Assembly: GCA_003427395.1 (NCBI GenBank)
Contig: BFEA01000030.1
Span: 1,533,917-1,597,451 of the forward strand
DNA from: Chara braunii
Taxonomy: Eukaryota; Plantae; Charophyceae
Direction of reading: 5' to 3'
DNA: 63,535 nucleotides
Within the stretch, counting starts at the first letter, position 1. Each line of letters starts with the position of its first letter. This document shows positions 50,983 to 63,488 of this stretch, piece by piece. The notes beneath the pieces are model-generated. The model had not been told where the DNA came from, searched no databases, and saw nothing but the letters and a program-made list of their open reading frames with translations. The position numbers and the translations under genes are program-made.

Positions 50983-52637
50983 GAGAGAGAGAGAGAAAGA
51001 GAGACTTCGTACGACGTATGGGGGGTTTATCGTACGGCTGTATGTACAGGCTAGTACAGCCCCGTATGAAAAAAAAAACAAAAAAAAAACATCATTTTGT
51101 TTTTTTATCTCAAATTTGGTAACGAATTTCAATATGACCCTGAGGCAAAAGTGTTTCAATTTATTTTTCTGCATAACATAATTGTTTTTCAGATTTTTTT
51201 GAATTTTTGTTTTTTCCTTTTTTTCCGTACGTACAGCCCGTACTACCACATGAGCCCGTACGTACGGCCCGTATTCGTACGGGGGTCTACATAGCGCGCG
51301 GCGTTGTTTCGCACCTTCTCAACCCTCTATCCCGATTATCTTGCTTCCCTCCCTGAAGGCGGAAATCGCTTCCCCCGCATCCATCGTATCATCAGGTACG
51401 AGGAGCTTCCTGAAACGATGATGGGGACGACGAATTTCTTACCGCTTCTCCCGAATGATCCTCCCCCGCCTATCCCCGCCATCTTCCGACTCCCCCACCC
51501 TTGAGACGAGGACGGCTCGAATGACGTGTCGACATGATGACTTCCACACTCTTATCCTACGGTAACAACACGTGTAATAATGGCAGAATTGTAGTTCTTT
51601 CTCCCTTCCTTCTTCTTCCTTCTTCGAACCTGGAGAGATGTGGGTGAAGCGGGAGCTTGCACAGGATAGAACCCCCTGGGCGTCACATATGTGACGAACT
51701 ACTTTCTGTACGGCGCCATCTTCTGCGCAACTGGGATTGGGGGTGCACAGAGGGATCGGGGATAAGTTGCATGGCGGTCCCTCTTTCTTGATTTTTTGAA
51801 GTTTTCTCCTTGGTCCTTCGGGAAGAGACAGTGGCGGTTATGGACCTTGGGACAGTAGGCCCGCGCCGTAGCGAGCGCGGGGGGGGGGGGAACAACTTCG
51901 GCTATGGCCTTTTTCTCTTTTTCTTTTCTTTCCTAAGGCTTCTGTTTTCAAATAAGGCGTCCGTCTTTTTGGCGCGATAATCGCGCGGGTAATTTCGTCG
52001 GAATTTTTGAATTTAGAACGAGCCCATGCGGGCTCTCGGAATTTCTTTTTGTAATTAGGATTTTAATTAGACTAGAAAATTGGGTGCGTCGAAATTTTTG
52101 CCCGTAGCTGCATACCGCCTTTTTGCTTGCGCGCGCGCCTTGCTACACAAGGACCTGCGCTCCGTTCTGCCGCGCCTAAATTCTAATCTCAACTGTAACC
52201 TCTTCTTGTTAACTGTAATCTTCCCCGTTCTTGAAATCCCCTTCCCGCGTCATTACACGCGCACTCTGCATCCTATCTCATTGGCCGGATCGTTGCATGG
52301 TTGGATCGAAGCGTGGAGTGAGGCTACGTCCCCCACGCCGCGGCCCAGTCATGCACTCGTAGGCACTTCCTTTCTCCCTTCTTTCCTGTTCCTCCGGCAA
52401 TCCCGACTATCGCGCGTTGATTAGCAAGCTATAAATTCTGCAAGCGCGATTAATTCTCTCTCTAGTCTACTTGGGAGTTAGCGCGGTCGAGAGGATCAGC
52501 TAACGTGCAGAAAGACGGTGAGTAGAGAGTTGGGCGATCTGACGAGCTGGTGCTGGGTGCACGGGGTTGACGCGTGGCCGCGAGGGACTGTGGCACGTGG
52601 GCGAACCTGGCTTGCACGCTCAGGCAACGGACTGCCC

Positions 52638-52687
<50 letters not shown>

Positions 52688-53499
52688 NNNNNNNNNNNNN
52701 NNNNNNNNNNNNNNNNNNNNNNNNNNNNNNNNNNNNNNNNNNNNNNNNNNNNNNNNNNNNNNNNNNNNNNNNNNNNNNNNNNNNNNNNNNNNNNNNNNNN
52801 NNNNNNNNNNNNNNNNNNNNNNNNNNNNNNNNNNNNNNNNNNNNNNNNNNNNNNNNNNNNNNNNNNNNNNNNAGAGAGAGAGAGAGAGAGAGAGACGAGG
52901 GATATGGTGGAACAGTGTCTTTTCCTCCCTCCCTTCTATGTAATTTTTTATTCCAACATTGGCCAATTTTGTTGCGGCACTTTTCGGGTTTCCTGTGTGA
53001 ATCTTCTCAGATCTCTTCGTTGGGTTGCATGCATGTATGTATGGTGACGAGCGATCTCGCATTCTTTCTCGCAAGTTGTCTTTGCTTTTTCATTTTGTTT
53101 CGTTGAGTAGATTAGCGTGGTTTCAACTTTGTCGCTTTTTCGGCGTTCGGCATTGCAGTGCATGTATCGGTCTACGAGTCTGGGTTCTCTCAAATCTGGT
53201 CGGTGCGCTCACTGCGCGGGATTAGCCCAAGCACTTGCGTTCAACCTGTGTACGAGATTACGGGAATTATGGAGAACGTATGTCTGCTCTTCGAATGATT
53301 GATGGCCTTTTCCTCTGATGCATAAAAGTATAACCGGGGAGGGGCTGTTCTAAGAACGAGGCTGCATGCATAATCGGACCAGCAAGCCAACAGATCGTTC
53401 CGCCATTGGGACGCGCAGCTTAGGACTTAACTAGTTGGCCAGTGCGTACGCGCGTGGAAGACAACAATCCATCAACGGATTTGCCATCTACACGCACGC

Positions 53500-54177
53500 A
53501 TGCAGGGGCTAGTTACGATCCGCCACGTAGGCATAATGTGTGTGAGTGAGTCTCGTTGATCCAGATATGGCGATCGAAACTCCTTTCTGGATTACCGACG
53601 GCGAAAGCTTGAGAGATCCCGAGTACAGGGCATATTGGGAAAGGGAACAGATCTGACGACAACAAGTCCGACAGCAACGGATAAGACGACAACAAAACTT
53701 GCGGAGCCTTGATTACCCCTGCCGAACGGAAACGGGCAACTGTGTAGGGGCGATTTCCAGTTGGCAATCAACCGGGACTCCCGAATCCCTGAGTATCCCG
53801 ATAGTAGACACCAGCAATACTTTATCACCCCAGGCTTCGTCGCTATCATGACTAATTTCCCTTCCCATTACATCGTCCTCCCGTATCACCGACTGCTAGT
53901 TACCCCCTGGGACTCCATATCCCGATTTTGGCCCCGACATTCGTGCCCAGAGTGCCAGCAGCCCAACGAGTACGAACAGACGGGGGCCACATGTCAGACT
54001 CCTCGCCGGAGAGAACGACGAGAACCCAGCTCATCCTCCTCGTCAGACTCTGACCCTGAGTTCTGCGTCGGGCGACAGAGGTACGAGCATTCCCACAGCG
54101 ACGCCCGCAACACCCCGTTCGTGCACCCGACTCTTTCCCTGCCTCGGCCGCAGGAACGATGCCCACCCCAACTCTGA
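53500..54177 (+). pseudogene. LTR-encoded CxxC protein, divergent copy 3
   Basis: PFWITDGESLRDPEYRAYWE; PGFVAIMTNFPSHYIVLPYHRLLVTPWDSISRFWPRHSCPECQQPNEYEQTG. Confidence 0.65.
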
Positions 54178-54340
54178 GCTAGAGGAACCACTTGCACTTC
54201 TACCCCTGAAACTTGACACAGGAGATTCCAGTTCCGACCTGGAACTCCACCCCCACTTTCCAAAATTCCTTGGCACACCCCTCTTCGCGCTTCCAGGCCC
54301 ACTAACACTCCGAAACAGGAAGTCGCGCTGGGCGTGAGGT

Positions 54341-54353
54341 TGGTATCGGAGCC
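54341..54353 (+). other. Primer-binding site, initiator tRNA-Met type
   Basis: TGGTATCGGAGCC vs the canonical plant TGGTATCAGAGCC (one A>G change, G:U compatible). Confidence 0.85.
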
Positions 54354-54935
54354 GACACGTGTCAAGACAAGGGATTGACAAGTTGCTCGGCTCTCTAGTT
54401 CAACCGATCTGGCGACCCCAAAACGGGGACGGTCTGCGCAAAGGAACGCGTTGGCACGCGAACCTGTAGTGACAAGGAGCAGGTCTGCGGGCAGGTCGAC
54501 AGACGACATGAATGCTAGTCAAGCAAACGCCAATCAGGCCCCAGCCAATCAAGCACAAGGCGGGGCAGGGGGCGGCCTGGGGCTTGCGCCTCAGCCCGTG
54601 CCTCAGCCTGCACGTGCCCTCGCTCCAGCAACCCCGCCAGATCTGTATTTATTCGATCCAGCGCACCACCTGGCAGGAGCATGGCTTGCCACGCTCCGAG
54701 CGCAGCAGTAAGATAATGATGAAGCTAGGATTAACATCCCAGCCCAATTAGGAGGCGACGCCCATCACTGGTTCAGCACCTACGTATGGACTGACCTTCC
54801 TACCTTCGAGAGGGACTTCCTACACCGATTTGACTACATACATCCAAAGCAAGCGTTCTTTATGATCAAAGACAGAGTGCAGAAGCCCCTCGAGTCTATC
54901 GCAGAATACCATACTCGGTTTTACCGATTGTTTGT

Positions 54936-55026
<91 letters not shown>

Positions 55027-55467
55027 NAGCAGGTGACGCTCCCCACCAATAGATGGAGCCTCTCCCCAGGTGCTAGTGGTGTCTGCTCTTATCAGCACCA
55101 CTAACACTAGTGGGGGAAGTTGAAAAAAAAAAATAAAAAAATAAAAAAAAAAAATCTACATTTCTGCATCTCTGGTCAAAGCACCTCCAGATTCAGGCGC
55201 TCAATTCCATAGTCTTTGCTAGTGGGACCTTGCTCTAGCAGCCAATGCCCGTACTAGACGTGTTGATGGCTATGGCAAGCCAAGAGCTACAGAGGTAGGG
55301 CTTTTTTTTTTTCTTGTCTTCTTTTTTTGTTGAACATCAGGGGTGGTGCTCCGTTACGCTGGTGGGTATAAGGGCCCCGCCTTGTTGATGGCTCCGTTCT
55401 TATTCTTTGGTGTTCACACCGCATCGGTTTGTGGCCACTAGCTACTAACATTACGGGCAATGAGTAT

Positions 55468-56210
55468 GGGCCTCGTTAGACACTTCCTTGAGCTACAAGG
55501 AAACTTCCATGTAGCTCTAAGACTTCAGGAAATTTTGCTGTGTTGTTCCACATAACCTCGGGGATGTCCCTCGAGGACGTTTCCTTGTGGCCTGGCCGTG
55601 GCTGTTTTCAAAGGATTATATGCGGACACGAAGGGGGTGTCCGTGGTCCAGCGTCTTGTGTCCGTGTGGAGACAGTGTGGTCCACCGGCGTCCGGGGGGA
55701 AAGGGCAGGCCCAGGCCACGAAAAATTAGGGGACCACCACATTTCAAATTGAAATTCCGAAGTACGATTCGTGGTGACAAGCACGGCGATCGGCAGGCGG
55801 CACGAACAGGGGCCACGGGCGAATCGGGATTCATGGCGGCGACCCTTCCCGAGATCCTCAGCGCTGTGTGTACATTTCTATTGTGCTTGCGTCCATCATC
55901 ATCGACGTATGCGATGTTGAGGGCGTCATTTGGCATAGATCTGCAAGGAGAGCACTGTCATCCCAAAGGCAGTAGCTTTGCGGAAGTCTAGTGGGGGTGA
56001 CGACCATCACAGCAGCGGATACACATCATCCATGTCAAACAGTTCACGATGGAGGGCGGCGGAGAGGTCTGGTGTGCGCTGTTGACACCGCTAGAGAGGA
56101 TGGCGGTTGTGTCTTCTGTTGTTCTTTGTTGTTAGCAAGATAGGTCGTTAGGACGAATGAAGGCACAACTGTGAGCGAGTAGGAGAAGGACGCTGATGCA
56201 AGCTGTAGAT
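55468..56210 (+). mobile_element. Second, more degraded PIF/Harbinger-like left end
   Basis: GGGCCTCGTTAGACAC followed by sequence collinear with 48730-49570. Confidence 0.5.
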
Positions 56211-56423
56211 CACTGTTGTGACGAACCACTTCCCGACCCCGGGCCATCTTTTGTACCCTTTCTTTTGCGTGTATCATACCTACCCCAGGAAAACCCCGTT
56301 TTGAGTTCTTGCTTTCGGGCGCCGCATTTTCCTTTTTGAAGAGCTTTTTCGACTACTGAGTTCTGTTTTTCTTTTTACGAAGTCGAGAAATACATGGGAA
56401 TTTACGTGCGCCCTAGCGAGCGC

Positions 56424-56459
56424 GTCTCTTATACACATCTAGATGTGTATAAGAGACAG
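56424..56459. other. Nextera mate-pair junction adapter (technical artefact)
   Basis: GTCTCTTATACACATCTAGATGTGTATAAGAGACAG. Confidence 0.95.
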
Positions 56460-56465
56460 CGCACA

Positions 56466-56554
<89 letters not shown>

Positions 56555-57607
56555 CCCCCCCCCCTTTCTTCCTTTCGTAACCCACATCTCTTTCCTCTCC
56601 ACCCCTCCCTCGATTTCCGGGCCACTCAAAATCGACGCGCAATCAAAAAGAAAATACGTCACTCACCTTTTTCCTTTGGTTCCATCTCGATTTCCGTTGC
56701 CGATGTAGTGTAAGTCCAGCTTCACTTACCACCCGAAGGCTGTGGCTTCTGGTGGCTGACCTTCTCCACCAGGACGTGATAACGTCCCGGGCCCCCAAGA
56801 GAGGGTCAAGTCCTCGCCCGCCTAGCCGTTCTCTCTTCTTGTTGCCTTGAAAACGCAGATCCTTGAACGCCGTTCTCCGAAGTATCGTGTTGTCAGCCCG
56901 CTGTCATGGCCTACAGCACCGTATGCGGGCCTCACGAAGAGTTGGCACCACCGCCGTCACTAACCCGTGATCTCCTCCCACTATCGTCCCCCTCTCTCGT
57001 TCTTCCCTCCTCCCTTCATCCACCCCAACTATGGATGCCCCCTCAGCTGTCGGTCAAAACCATCCCTCCAGCCGGGTTCACCTCACCTGGACCCACCATC
57101 GCTTCATCCGTACTCCCTCTCACTCCTCGGTCGCTATGGCGGTGTTTCGCGCCCACCCGGCGCAAACCTGTCGCGTCGGCGGCGCTAGTTGACGTTCGAC
57201 TGCTACTGAAAATCAATCTGAGAAGGCCCAGCTGCACTCTCAACCGCGCTAACTTCCAAAATCTGGTAGGTCACTGGCCACTAAAAAGGTAACTCAAACA
57301 CACCACTCAAAAACTTCACAGAAAAAAAGCAGAAGAAAGCAACCTTGGAGATTGTCCCACTGACGAATCCAGTGTAAGAAGATCCGGGAAAGCTCCCATC
57401 TCCAACCAAACCATTTCAGGGCTTTGGCTGTACAACCCTTTTTTTGCACTCTGTACTCCCAGTCTGCCAAGACAGACTAGTAGGATGCAGGTCTTTTTTT
57501 TCTCTTTTTTTTTCATTCGTCTCTTTCATGAGCAGGTCCGGGAAGCCAACGTCCAGGACTCCGAGCCCCGACACAGATCGGCATACCGGTCGGCCGAGGC
57601 TCAGACT

Positions 57608-58972
57608 TGATAGCTGGGCCAAGTACTGGTGGTTTAATGGGACCACCTACGGTGATCTACCCTTTTTTTGAGGGACGTCAGGCCCGTTTCCTCAGTTTTG
57701 CGATATACAAAGCTGAGCCGGGCGATGCTCCCAGTCCCTTGAGAAAAAAGAAAGTAAAAAAACTTTTAAAAAGCCAAACTTCAAAGACTGTGAAAAGGAG
57801 CAGAGCTGAGTGGTCTTCTCCTCCCTTCCCATATTTTTCTGGCCCCTTCCTTCTCCTTTTTTTTTTTTTTTTTTTTTTTCCTCATATGTGGGGCCGCGGC
57901 CCTCAGAATTCAAATTGCAGGCCATGTGTCGCCGATGAAAAATATCTACGGCGGTACGGTGGCTATTTTTCAGGAGCAGGGTAGTAGATAGACGCGGCCG
58001 ACATATGGGAAAGTTAGTGGTGGTCTAATGAAACTGCTGTCGGCTTGTTCCTATTTTCCACAACAGGTGGGTGGGGGGATCTATCATGATGCCTCAGTTA
58101 TGGTACAGAATTGTGAATCCAATGACAGGAATCTTCAGGACATTTTGTTTGCTGCAGTTGCTGAGCAGCCCAAGGAGTCTTACTTTTTTTTCCTTTTTTT
58201 TTTTTGAGCAGCCCAAGGATTGTTCCCTTGAGGGTCCCACTTGCTTTACCATGAGACCTTCCAAGAAAAAACAAAAACAAAAAAAAAGAACATTAACTAC
58301 AGAGAAAGACAAAAGGTAGGGCGGTGTGTCTTTCTATGCTCTAGCGGAATATTCATTCTCAGCACCTTTCAGTTGAAATCCAAATATTTTGCTGGAGTAT
58401 CCAGCGGCCTAGCTCCATTGGTTAGGTACACAAGTGGCATTCAGGAGGTCGTCGGTTCAATCCCCATGCCCGCCTGTAGCACTCTTGGTGCCAACCAACT
58501 GAGATAGTCCTCCCAGTCGGTATCAGTAAGGTCTTCAGCCAACAGGGGTGTGAGTGCGTGTGTGAGTGGGTTGAGTGTGGTGTGTGGGAGAGAGTGTTGG
58601 CTTTAGACACTACTACTACTCCATGGAAGATGGGGCCAGGGACACTACTGCTACTCGATGGGGGTAGGGGAAGATGAAAAGAGAGGCGAAAAGGGAGGCA
58701 CAGTTACTGGCAAATGCTCGGTCCTTGTGTTAGCCGGGCCCTCACCGGCGGCCCCAACCCTGCACCCTAAAACGCTAAGCAAAGGGGCAAACATGCCGTT
58801 ACCCCTCTCCACAGAGAGAGGTAACCTCCCTTCACCGAAGAGAGGTAGAAAGCTATGCTTTGCAGGGGTCCCCAGTATAGCCTTAGGAGTAGTGGTAGAC
58901 AGTGACAAGAAAGATATGTTCCATGACATGGCGGAACGCCAGTTAAACCACCAGTACTTGGCCCAGCTATCA
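57608..58972. mobile_element. Non-autonomous TIR element with perfect 30-bp inverted repeats
   Basis: TGATAGCTGGGCCAAGTACTGGTGGTTTAA (57608-57637) and its reverse complement (58943-58972); another copy of the end lies near 44569-44597. Confidence 0.6.
58400..58474 (+). mobile_element. tRNA-derived SINE head or pseudo-tRNA
   Basis: A box TAGCTCCATTGG and B box GGTTCAATCC; homologous to 42624-42696. Confidence 0.7.
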
Positions 58973-59484
58973 CGAGAGNNNNNNNNNNNNNNNNNNNNNN
59001 NNNNNNNNNNNNNNNNNNNNNNNNNNNNNNNNNNNNNNNNNNNNNNNNNNNNNNNNNNNNNNNNNNNNNNNNNNNNNNNNNNNNNNNNNNNNNNNNNNNN
59101 NNNNNNNNNNNNNNNNNNNNNNNNNNNNNNNNNNNNNNNNNNNNNNNNNNNNNNNNNNNNNNNNNNNNNNNNNNNNNNNNNNNNNNNNNNNNNNNNNNNN
59201 NNNNNNNNNNNNNNNNNNNNNNNNNNNNNNNNNNNNNNNNNNNNNNNNNNNNNNNNNNNNNNNNNNNNNNNNNNNNNNNNNNNNNNNNNNNNNNNNNNNN
59301 NNNNNNNNNNNNNNNNNNNNNNNNNNNNNNNNNNNNNNNNNNNNNNNNNNNNNNNNNNNNNNNNNNNNNNNNNNNNNNNNNNNNNNNNNNNNNNNNNNNN
59401 NNNNNNNNNNNNNNNNNNNNNNNNNNNNNNNNNNNNNNNNNNNNNNNNNNNNNNNNNNNNNNNNNNNNNNNNNNNNNNNNNNNN

Positions 59485-59535
<51 letters not shown>

Positions 59536-59589
59536 GCGACCTGCACGGAGGGCCGCGGCGAACTCGCCGCCTTGACGGGAGGTTTTAAG

Positions 59590-59942
59590 GGACTGGTGGC
59601 AGGTGCTCTCAGAAAGGCCTGATAGAATATTGCATATCGGCACACAAGATCTACTCCGCGAAGAAGGCGGACGCACTCAGGAAGATCTGTGAACAGAAAG
59701 GGATCAAGTACACCAAGAAGCCAGAGATCGTGGAGATTCTAGCTAGACACCAGGTGCAGTTAGCTTAGGACGGCTTCGACGAGGCACGAGGTAATACTAA
59801 AGATACCATGAAGACGAAGGCATCACTGTCACCGAAGAAGGAGTTCGTGAAGGATAGGACTACGATGGAGAAACCAGCTAAGAGACAAGAGCCTACCATT
59901 ATTCGATCGGCTCTAGTGCAGCCGACGGAGGACTCGGACTGA
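59590..59942 (+). pseudogene. PLE2 upstream ORF C-terminus with SAP/HeH-like motif
   Basis: Hand translation from 59625: EYCISAHKIYSAKKADALRKICEQKGIKYTKKPEIVEILARHQVQLA*..., ending TEDSD-TGA at 59940-59942. Confidence 0.55.
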
Positions 59943-59978
59943 AGGTTAGCAACACCATCCAACGCCAAACTTTGGGAG

Positions 59979-62821
59979 GTGCTCAGTAGATGGATGGATT
60001 GTAGGACTAAGCTGAGGGACCAGGGGGTTACCGGCGAGGTGGGTAGAAGGGTGGAGAGTGCCATTACCTCGACAATGCTCCTTCTGATGATACAGGGACA
60101 GATACCGTGGCTAAATAAGTATATTACTAGATCTGCATGCTTGGCCGACCTGTTGAGATTAGAAACTGGGGGAGTGTATGTAATAGCCAGCCCGTGGACT
60201 AAAAAGGTATACGTCGGATGCACGGTTAGACCGATAATTCAAAGATGGAGAGAACACTGCCGCAATACGCTAAGCAACTCCCTGGGACTTGCTCCACACC
60301 TGTATCGTTGGCTGAGGAGGTTTGGATTTGATAAGTATGTTATTACACCGATTAGACACGTAAATGAGAAGGATGATTTCGAGTTTGAACGGTTCTTAAT
60401 AGCGGACTTTAGCCCTTGCCTGAATACAAGAGACATTGGAAAGAAGGAGAGGACTACTAAGGGAAGAAGTAGGAAGGGGAGACAGGAGAGAAAAGGAAGA
60501 AGGAAGGAGACGCGGACTGATAAGGTGGTGACGTTTAAGTTCAGAGAATTGGAATTAGCCTCGTTACTCACCTGGCTAAAGGCACAGACGGAGGAAGGGG
60601 TAGGGGAGGGGGTAAACCTACACTGCTCAGGTGGTAATGTATGGATTGACAGTTGGCGGAAACTGAAGAGGGCATTTGGGAATACCATGCTAGAAATAAT
60701 GGGGAACAGGACAACTTTGCGAAAAACAAAATTGGGGCTGCGGTTAGGTGGAATAGTCAGAGTAATAGAAATTGTACGACCAAGGACCACGATGGAACGG
60801 AATAGAGCTTTTTTTATGTCGATCTTGCGCAAGCCCAGACCAGATTCACAACTGATAACAATGCCAGTAAGAAAATTGATTGGGCTATATAGGACAGCGG
60901 GCTTGTTTACGGATAAACAAACTAAACACCGACTGCGAATGAAGATTGACAGGGTGCTGACCAGAAAGTCGGGGATCAGTGTGCGGAAGAAGATCTGCGT
61001 GAAGTTGCTATTTGATATTAGGATACTGAAGAAAGGAGTCCGCACGGTTACAGAGAGGACGATTGCGGGAGCTATAGATGACAAGGGATTGACCGATTTT
61101 GTGAAGTCAAGAGTACGGATCGTATGAGTGCGGAACCGAAATGTGGGGGAGCTACTGCACAACCACAGGTGCTTTGCATCGGTCGAAGAACGGACTTGCA
61201 TGTGCAGAGACTTTAATTTACCGAAGCATGAGGCACATGTGCTTGTGAGATTCGCAGAACTGGATATACCAGTTTTCGTGAAAAATGCGAAAAATATTAC
61301 GAGACCGGCAAAAGTTAAAAGTGTGGTAACGATTGCACATGCTATCCTGGAGGCATGCAAGCATCTAAAGGGGATGTCGATACCTGCTGTAGGCTTAGAA
61401 GAAGTGTGGTCTGATAGGGGGGAAGAGTCGTCGGCATGGACCGACAGCGAGGTACTTGAATGGGGTAGCCAATTTAAGGGGTTAGTGTTGACACCTATAG
61501 ACCAGAATCAAGGGGATACCGTTGTTATGTGCCCGATCCTATATCGACATGGGTTCGGGAAGACTTTCGGTTGGGAGGCGAACTACGAGCTGATTGGCAG
61601 TCTGGATGCGGAGATAGACACCGTTAAGGGAATCAGGGAGGATTTCCATCAGCACCGCTTGGACACGATAGGTAAGTGGAGGGCTGATGGTAGACTGGGT
61701 GCTGCCTACGTCATCCCGAAACACAAGGACCTCACCCGCTGGAGGCCTATTGCACCAGCACCAGCGGACCCAGCAGCACTTGCGCAGAGAAGAGTAGCGA
61801 AAGCGCTGCATTGTTTACTGAAGCAGCTATCTGATAATAGCACGTTCCATCTGAACTCTATCTCCGAGTTAGCCGGGCAGCTGAGTGCCACAACGGTGAG
61901 AATGAGAGCGGCAGGATACGAGCAAGCAGTAGGGAGGTGCTACGACATTAAATACATGTTTTCCAAGATACCGCACTCTGCTCTTAAGGACGCGGTTCAA
62001 CAGCTGCGGAGGAAGTATGAAGATGAAGGGGTCAAACAGGTCAGGTGAGGGGAAAGATGTGTGCAGTTAGCGTGAATAGGAGGAAAATGGACGGGTACGT
62101 GAGCATCTCACTGAGCAGACTGATGACAGCTGTGGAATATGATCTGAGACATTCGGTGGTCAAGTGCGGACAGACACTAGTAAGACAAGTGTTTAGCATT
62201 CCAATGGGAAAGTCGACGAGTCCGATACTAGCGTCCATCACCTGTGCAATGGCGGAGATGTGTTTTCTGAGAGAACTGGGATATGATAGGAGACTGGTAG
62301 GAGGATGGCGGATCGTGGATGATATCACCATAGTGGTGGGTCTCACGGTACAGGCAGTGAATGATGGATACCAGGAGCAGTTGTTTGAGAGATTTGAATC
62401 TATCTATGACAAGCATCTAGAGATCGTACGTAAGGATGACTGTGGTTCGGCTTGGGACTTTGTTGGTGGCCATATGTTCGTCGGTAGCAGACCTCTGAGT
62501 TTGCACTACACACCGGTGACCAAGAATACGGGAACGCTGTATAATGGAAGTAGACTGATTTTTCAAACTATGCAGGACTATAACTCCTATCCTGCCAAGG
62601 CGGTGAAGAAGGCTGCCTTGACCACTACAGTGAAGAGACTATGGGAACACACGACGAGTAAGCAGTTGGTACTTGGGGCGGTTGGTTTTGTTGTATGTGA
62701 AGCGGACCTGCGGGGATACCCCCCGGAGATCTCTCTCGGTGCTTTGGTCAATTTGACCAAGGCTGTGTTGACACGGGCACTTTACTCGTTAGTGGCAGCC
62801 ATGAGATCCTCAGCAGATTGA
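59979..62821 (+). pseudogene. PLE2 GIY-YIG endonuclease plus reverse transcriptase (one in-frame stop, one frameshift)
   Basis: GGVYVI...VYVGCT...QRWREH...EFERFLI...PCLN; HNH...CMC...H; PIDQNQG; YVIPKHKD...WRPI; YDIKYMFSKIPH; RQVFSIPMGKSTSPILA; RIVDD. Confidence 0.93.
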
Positions 62822-63301
62822 ATTAAAGCGAGAAAGAAAGCTCAGAGGAGGGGCCCGTGATAGCTGCGCAAAGGATGTGCAGAGCAGCGGAAGGGACGCC
62901 CAGAACGGGTTTTTTGAAATGTATTTTATGTATTTATTTATTTATTTTGTTTTGGCAGGGAAAATTTTGGTCAATTTTAGAAGCGGATACCGGTCTTCCG
63001 GGATACGGAAATAGCACCGGGTTTTTGGGTACCGGTGCGATTGTAGCAGAAGCCGAGTAGGGCATGCACCTGGGCACTAAAGGAGGTAGATTCGGAGGCT
63101 ATTTTAAAGTTTGGCCTTGGCGGCAGTTAGTTACAGCACGTCTTGACCGGCGGGTCGTGGAAATACTTGTTTAGATCTTGGAGGTGATCGGGGATACAGA
63201 CTCGCGAGGCGAGCTGAGAATAACTTACACGAGCATTACTATATAGCATGGGAGGCAGGGCCTTAGTCTCCCTTTTCGAGCACAGAGACTCCTCGGAGTC
63301 A

Positions 63302-63345
63302 CCCTCCTGATGATGCTCGCGCGGACAGGCGAAACCGGTCGAGGG
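63302..63345 (+). ncRNA. Minimal type I hammerhead ribozyme
   Basis: CCCTC-CTGATGA-T-GCT...GGC-GAAAC-CG-GTC-GAGGG: stem I CCCTC/GAGGG, catalytic core, short palindromic stem III (ACCGGT), GUC cleavage triplet at 63338-63340. Confidence 0.8.
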
Positions 63346-63486
63346 ACCGCATGTCTGCTCCTTTTGCAGTTTTCAAGCAAGTGTGACTATCGTTTTTGTA
63401 AACTCGTGCATACGTGCTTGTGAGAACGAAGGTGTCTGCTTGTGTTTGGTTGTACGAGCTGTGTGGCCGCAGCTCTCCTACTTCTC

Positions 63487-63488
<2 letters not shown>

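Larger units (their letters stand above)
51304..54938 (+). mobile_element. Related gypsy subfamily fragment: internal 3' end - junction - LTR (51690-54340) - PBS - gag start
   Basis: 51304-51689 is homologous to ~26690-27067; the LTR is collinear with the other two; 54509-54938 matches the gag N-terminus at 18906-19280. Confidence 0.88.

Noticed and set aside
58400-58474. Functional tRNA gene
   Set aside because: A and B boxes are present, but the acceptor and anticodon stems do not pair convincingly, and a diverged second copy indicates a SINE-like repeat.
58651-59676. Long ORFs spanning N runs (also near 11.0-11.9k, 14.1-14.6k, 16.8-17.7k, 39.4-39.9k, 47.5-48.2k, 50.3-51.0k, 52.5-53.1k)
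   Set aside because: They are open only because of assembly gaps and microsatellites.
61125-61127. In-frame TGA in PLE2 as selenocysteine recoding (reported for some Naiad PLEs)
   Set aside because: It aligns to Trp in PLE1 (RIV*VRN vs RVVWNKS), so TGG>TGA decay is simpler; the element also has a frameshift at ~62045.
60239-61360. 373-aa antisense ORF
   Set aside because: It is the shadow of the sense PLE2 coding frame and has no recognisable motifs.
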